Positions 44,190-45,183 of a stretch of DNA of 45,183 bases are shown piece by piece. Under the pieces are notes generated by a model. It was not told the origin of the DNA, did not search any database, and saw nothing but the letters and a program-made list of their open reading frames with translations. The stretch is from an uncultured Coriobacteriales bacterium (GTDB lineage: Bacteria; Actinomycetota; Coriobacteriia; Coriobacteriales; Atopobiaceae), in the NCBI GenBank assembly GCA_946619045.1, contig CAMOLV010000001.1, forward strand, positions 1 to 45,183, given 5' to 3'. The first letter of the stretch is position 1. Each line of letters starts with the position of its first letter. The position numbers and the translations under genes were made by a program.

Positions 44190-45183
44190 ATGATCCATTT
44201 CTTCCCCGATGGCGATGGCGGGTTCTTCGGCTATGACGATCCGCTCCTCGATTTCCAGGGCGGAGCGATCCTCACCCTCATCGCGGCGGTGTCCATCACG
44301 GCCATCGTGGTTCCCTTCGGCACGAACCCAGAGCTCTTCGCGGACAGCCTCGCATGCGCGCTCATGGGTTTCCTCCTTGTAGCGCTCTCAGGCGGCAAGG
44401 GCGGCCTTCCCTTCCTGCGGCCGCTCGCGCTGCCGCTCTTCGTGTATTTCCTGGCAGCGAGCTCGTTTGCGCTTATAGCCATCTCCGGCGAGTTCGGCCT
44501 GCTCATGTGGCCTATCCTCGGCTTCTATCTCATCTTCGCGGGTCTGGGACTCTACGGGCTGCTTCTGGGCGGCGATGAGTTCGAGGGCGTGCTTGTCCTC
44601 TTCACGCTCGGCTTTGGCGCGCCCATCTGGTTCACCTGCCTCTCGGCGGGCATGGAAGACTACGAGAACTGGCTCTATGGCACCTTCTCGTTCTATCTCC
44701 TGCGCGTGGCGACGCTCATCGGCGTAGTGTGGGCGCTCGTCGTGCTCGTCATGTGGGTCATTGCCATCTTCAAGGGCCAGGTCAAGGCGCGCCCCATCGG
44801 CATCAGAGCGGCGCTTATCGCCCTCGGCGTTGTGCCCGTATTCGCAAGCGGCCTGATTGCACGCATGGTACCCAGCGGGTACGCGTCCGTCATCGGGCTC
44901 CTTGTCATCCTTGCACTCTTCGCAGCGACGGGATGGGCGACGCGCTATATCGCCTCGCAGCCCGACGATGAGCCCGACATCGTTTCGGTCATCACAGCGC
45001 TGGTCTTCGCAGGCGCAATCGGATTCCTCACCTATGCGCAGTTCAAGCCCCAGGCGGAATTCCTCGCATTCCTGCAGCCCTTCGCCAACATGCCGTTTTT
45101 GGTGGACGAGATGTTCGCGGCAAGCAGGGTGGCCGCGGACGCTGTGGGAGCCATCTGCACCGGTGCGATCTGGCTCTTCACGC
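44190..45183 (+). CDS. Multi-pass membrane protein of unknown function (3'-truncated by window; absent from the ORF track)
   Basis: Frame from ATG 44190 (MIHFFPDGDGGFFG...) is open to the window end with many hydrophobic segments; AGGAG upstream. Confidence 0.75.
   Translation, partial: MIHFFPDGDGGFFGYDDPLLDFQGGAILTLIAAVSITAIVVPFGTNPELFADSLACALMGFLLVALSGGKGGLPFLRPLALPLFVYFLAASSFALIAISGEFGLLMWPILGFYLIFAGLGLYGLLLGGDEFEGVLVLFTLGFGAPIWFTCLSAGMEDYENWLYGTFSFYLLRVATLIGVVWALVVLVMWVIAIFKGQVKARPIGIRAALIALGVVPVFASGLIARMVPSGYASVIGLLVILALFAATGWATRYIASQPDDEPDIVSVITALVFAGAIGFLTYAQFKPQAEFLAFLQPFANMPFLVDEMFAASRVAADAVGAICTGAIWLFT

Overview
High-GC chromosomal window of mostly core genes, most consistent with a Coriobacteriia (Collinsella/Coriobacteriaceae-like) actinobacterium; this is inferred from gene content (rny, spoVS, lexA-LysM-nrdR, garA-like FHA-MerR). 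It probably spans the replication terminus. A dif-like XerC/XerD site at 18925-18952 sits where gene orientation flips: 18 of 20 genes to its left are on +, and 27 of 29 to its right are on -. The left arm is the conserved ftsK-rodZ-rimO-pgsA-cinA-recA-recX-rny-spoVS-miaB-miaA-hflX-lexA-LysM-nrdR cluster plus dut and trxB. The right arm has two tandem NlpC/P60 hydrolases, apt, MerR-FHA, RidA-MalY, a degenerate GcvT-like protein, tRNA-Pro(GGG) and a tightly packed 12-gene run from der to DUF1667. No integrase, transposase, prophage or CRISPR array was seen. Best leads: (1) a stand-alone MutL-like GHKL ATPase with a probable HTH between RNase Y and SpoVS, behind a structured rny leader; (2) a second, palindrome-interrupted dif-like sequence that, with dif, brackets trxB and an AT-rich hairpin-containing spacer; (3) tandem NrdR boxes on nrdR-dut; (4) a truncated, probably non-catalytic GcvT-like protein and a GarA-like module. 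All calls come from motif recognition by eye; no searches were run.
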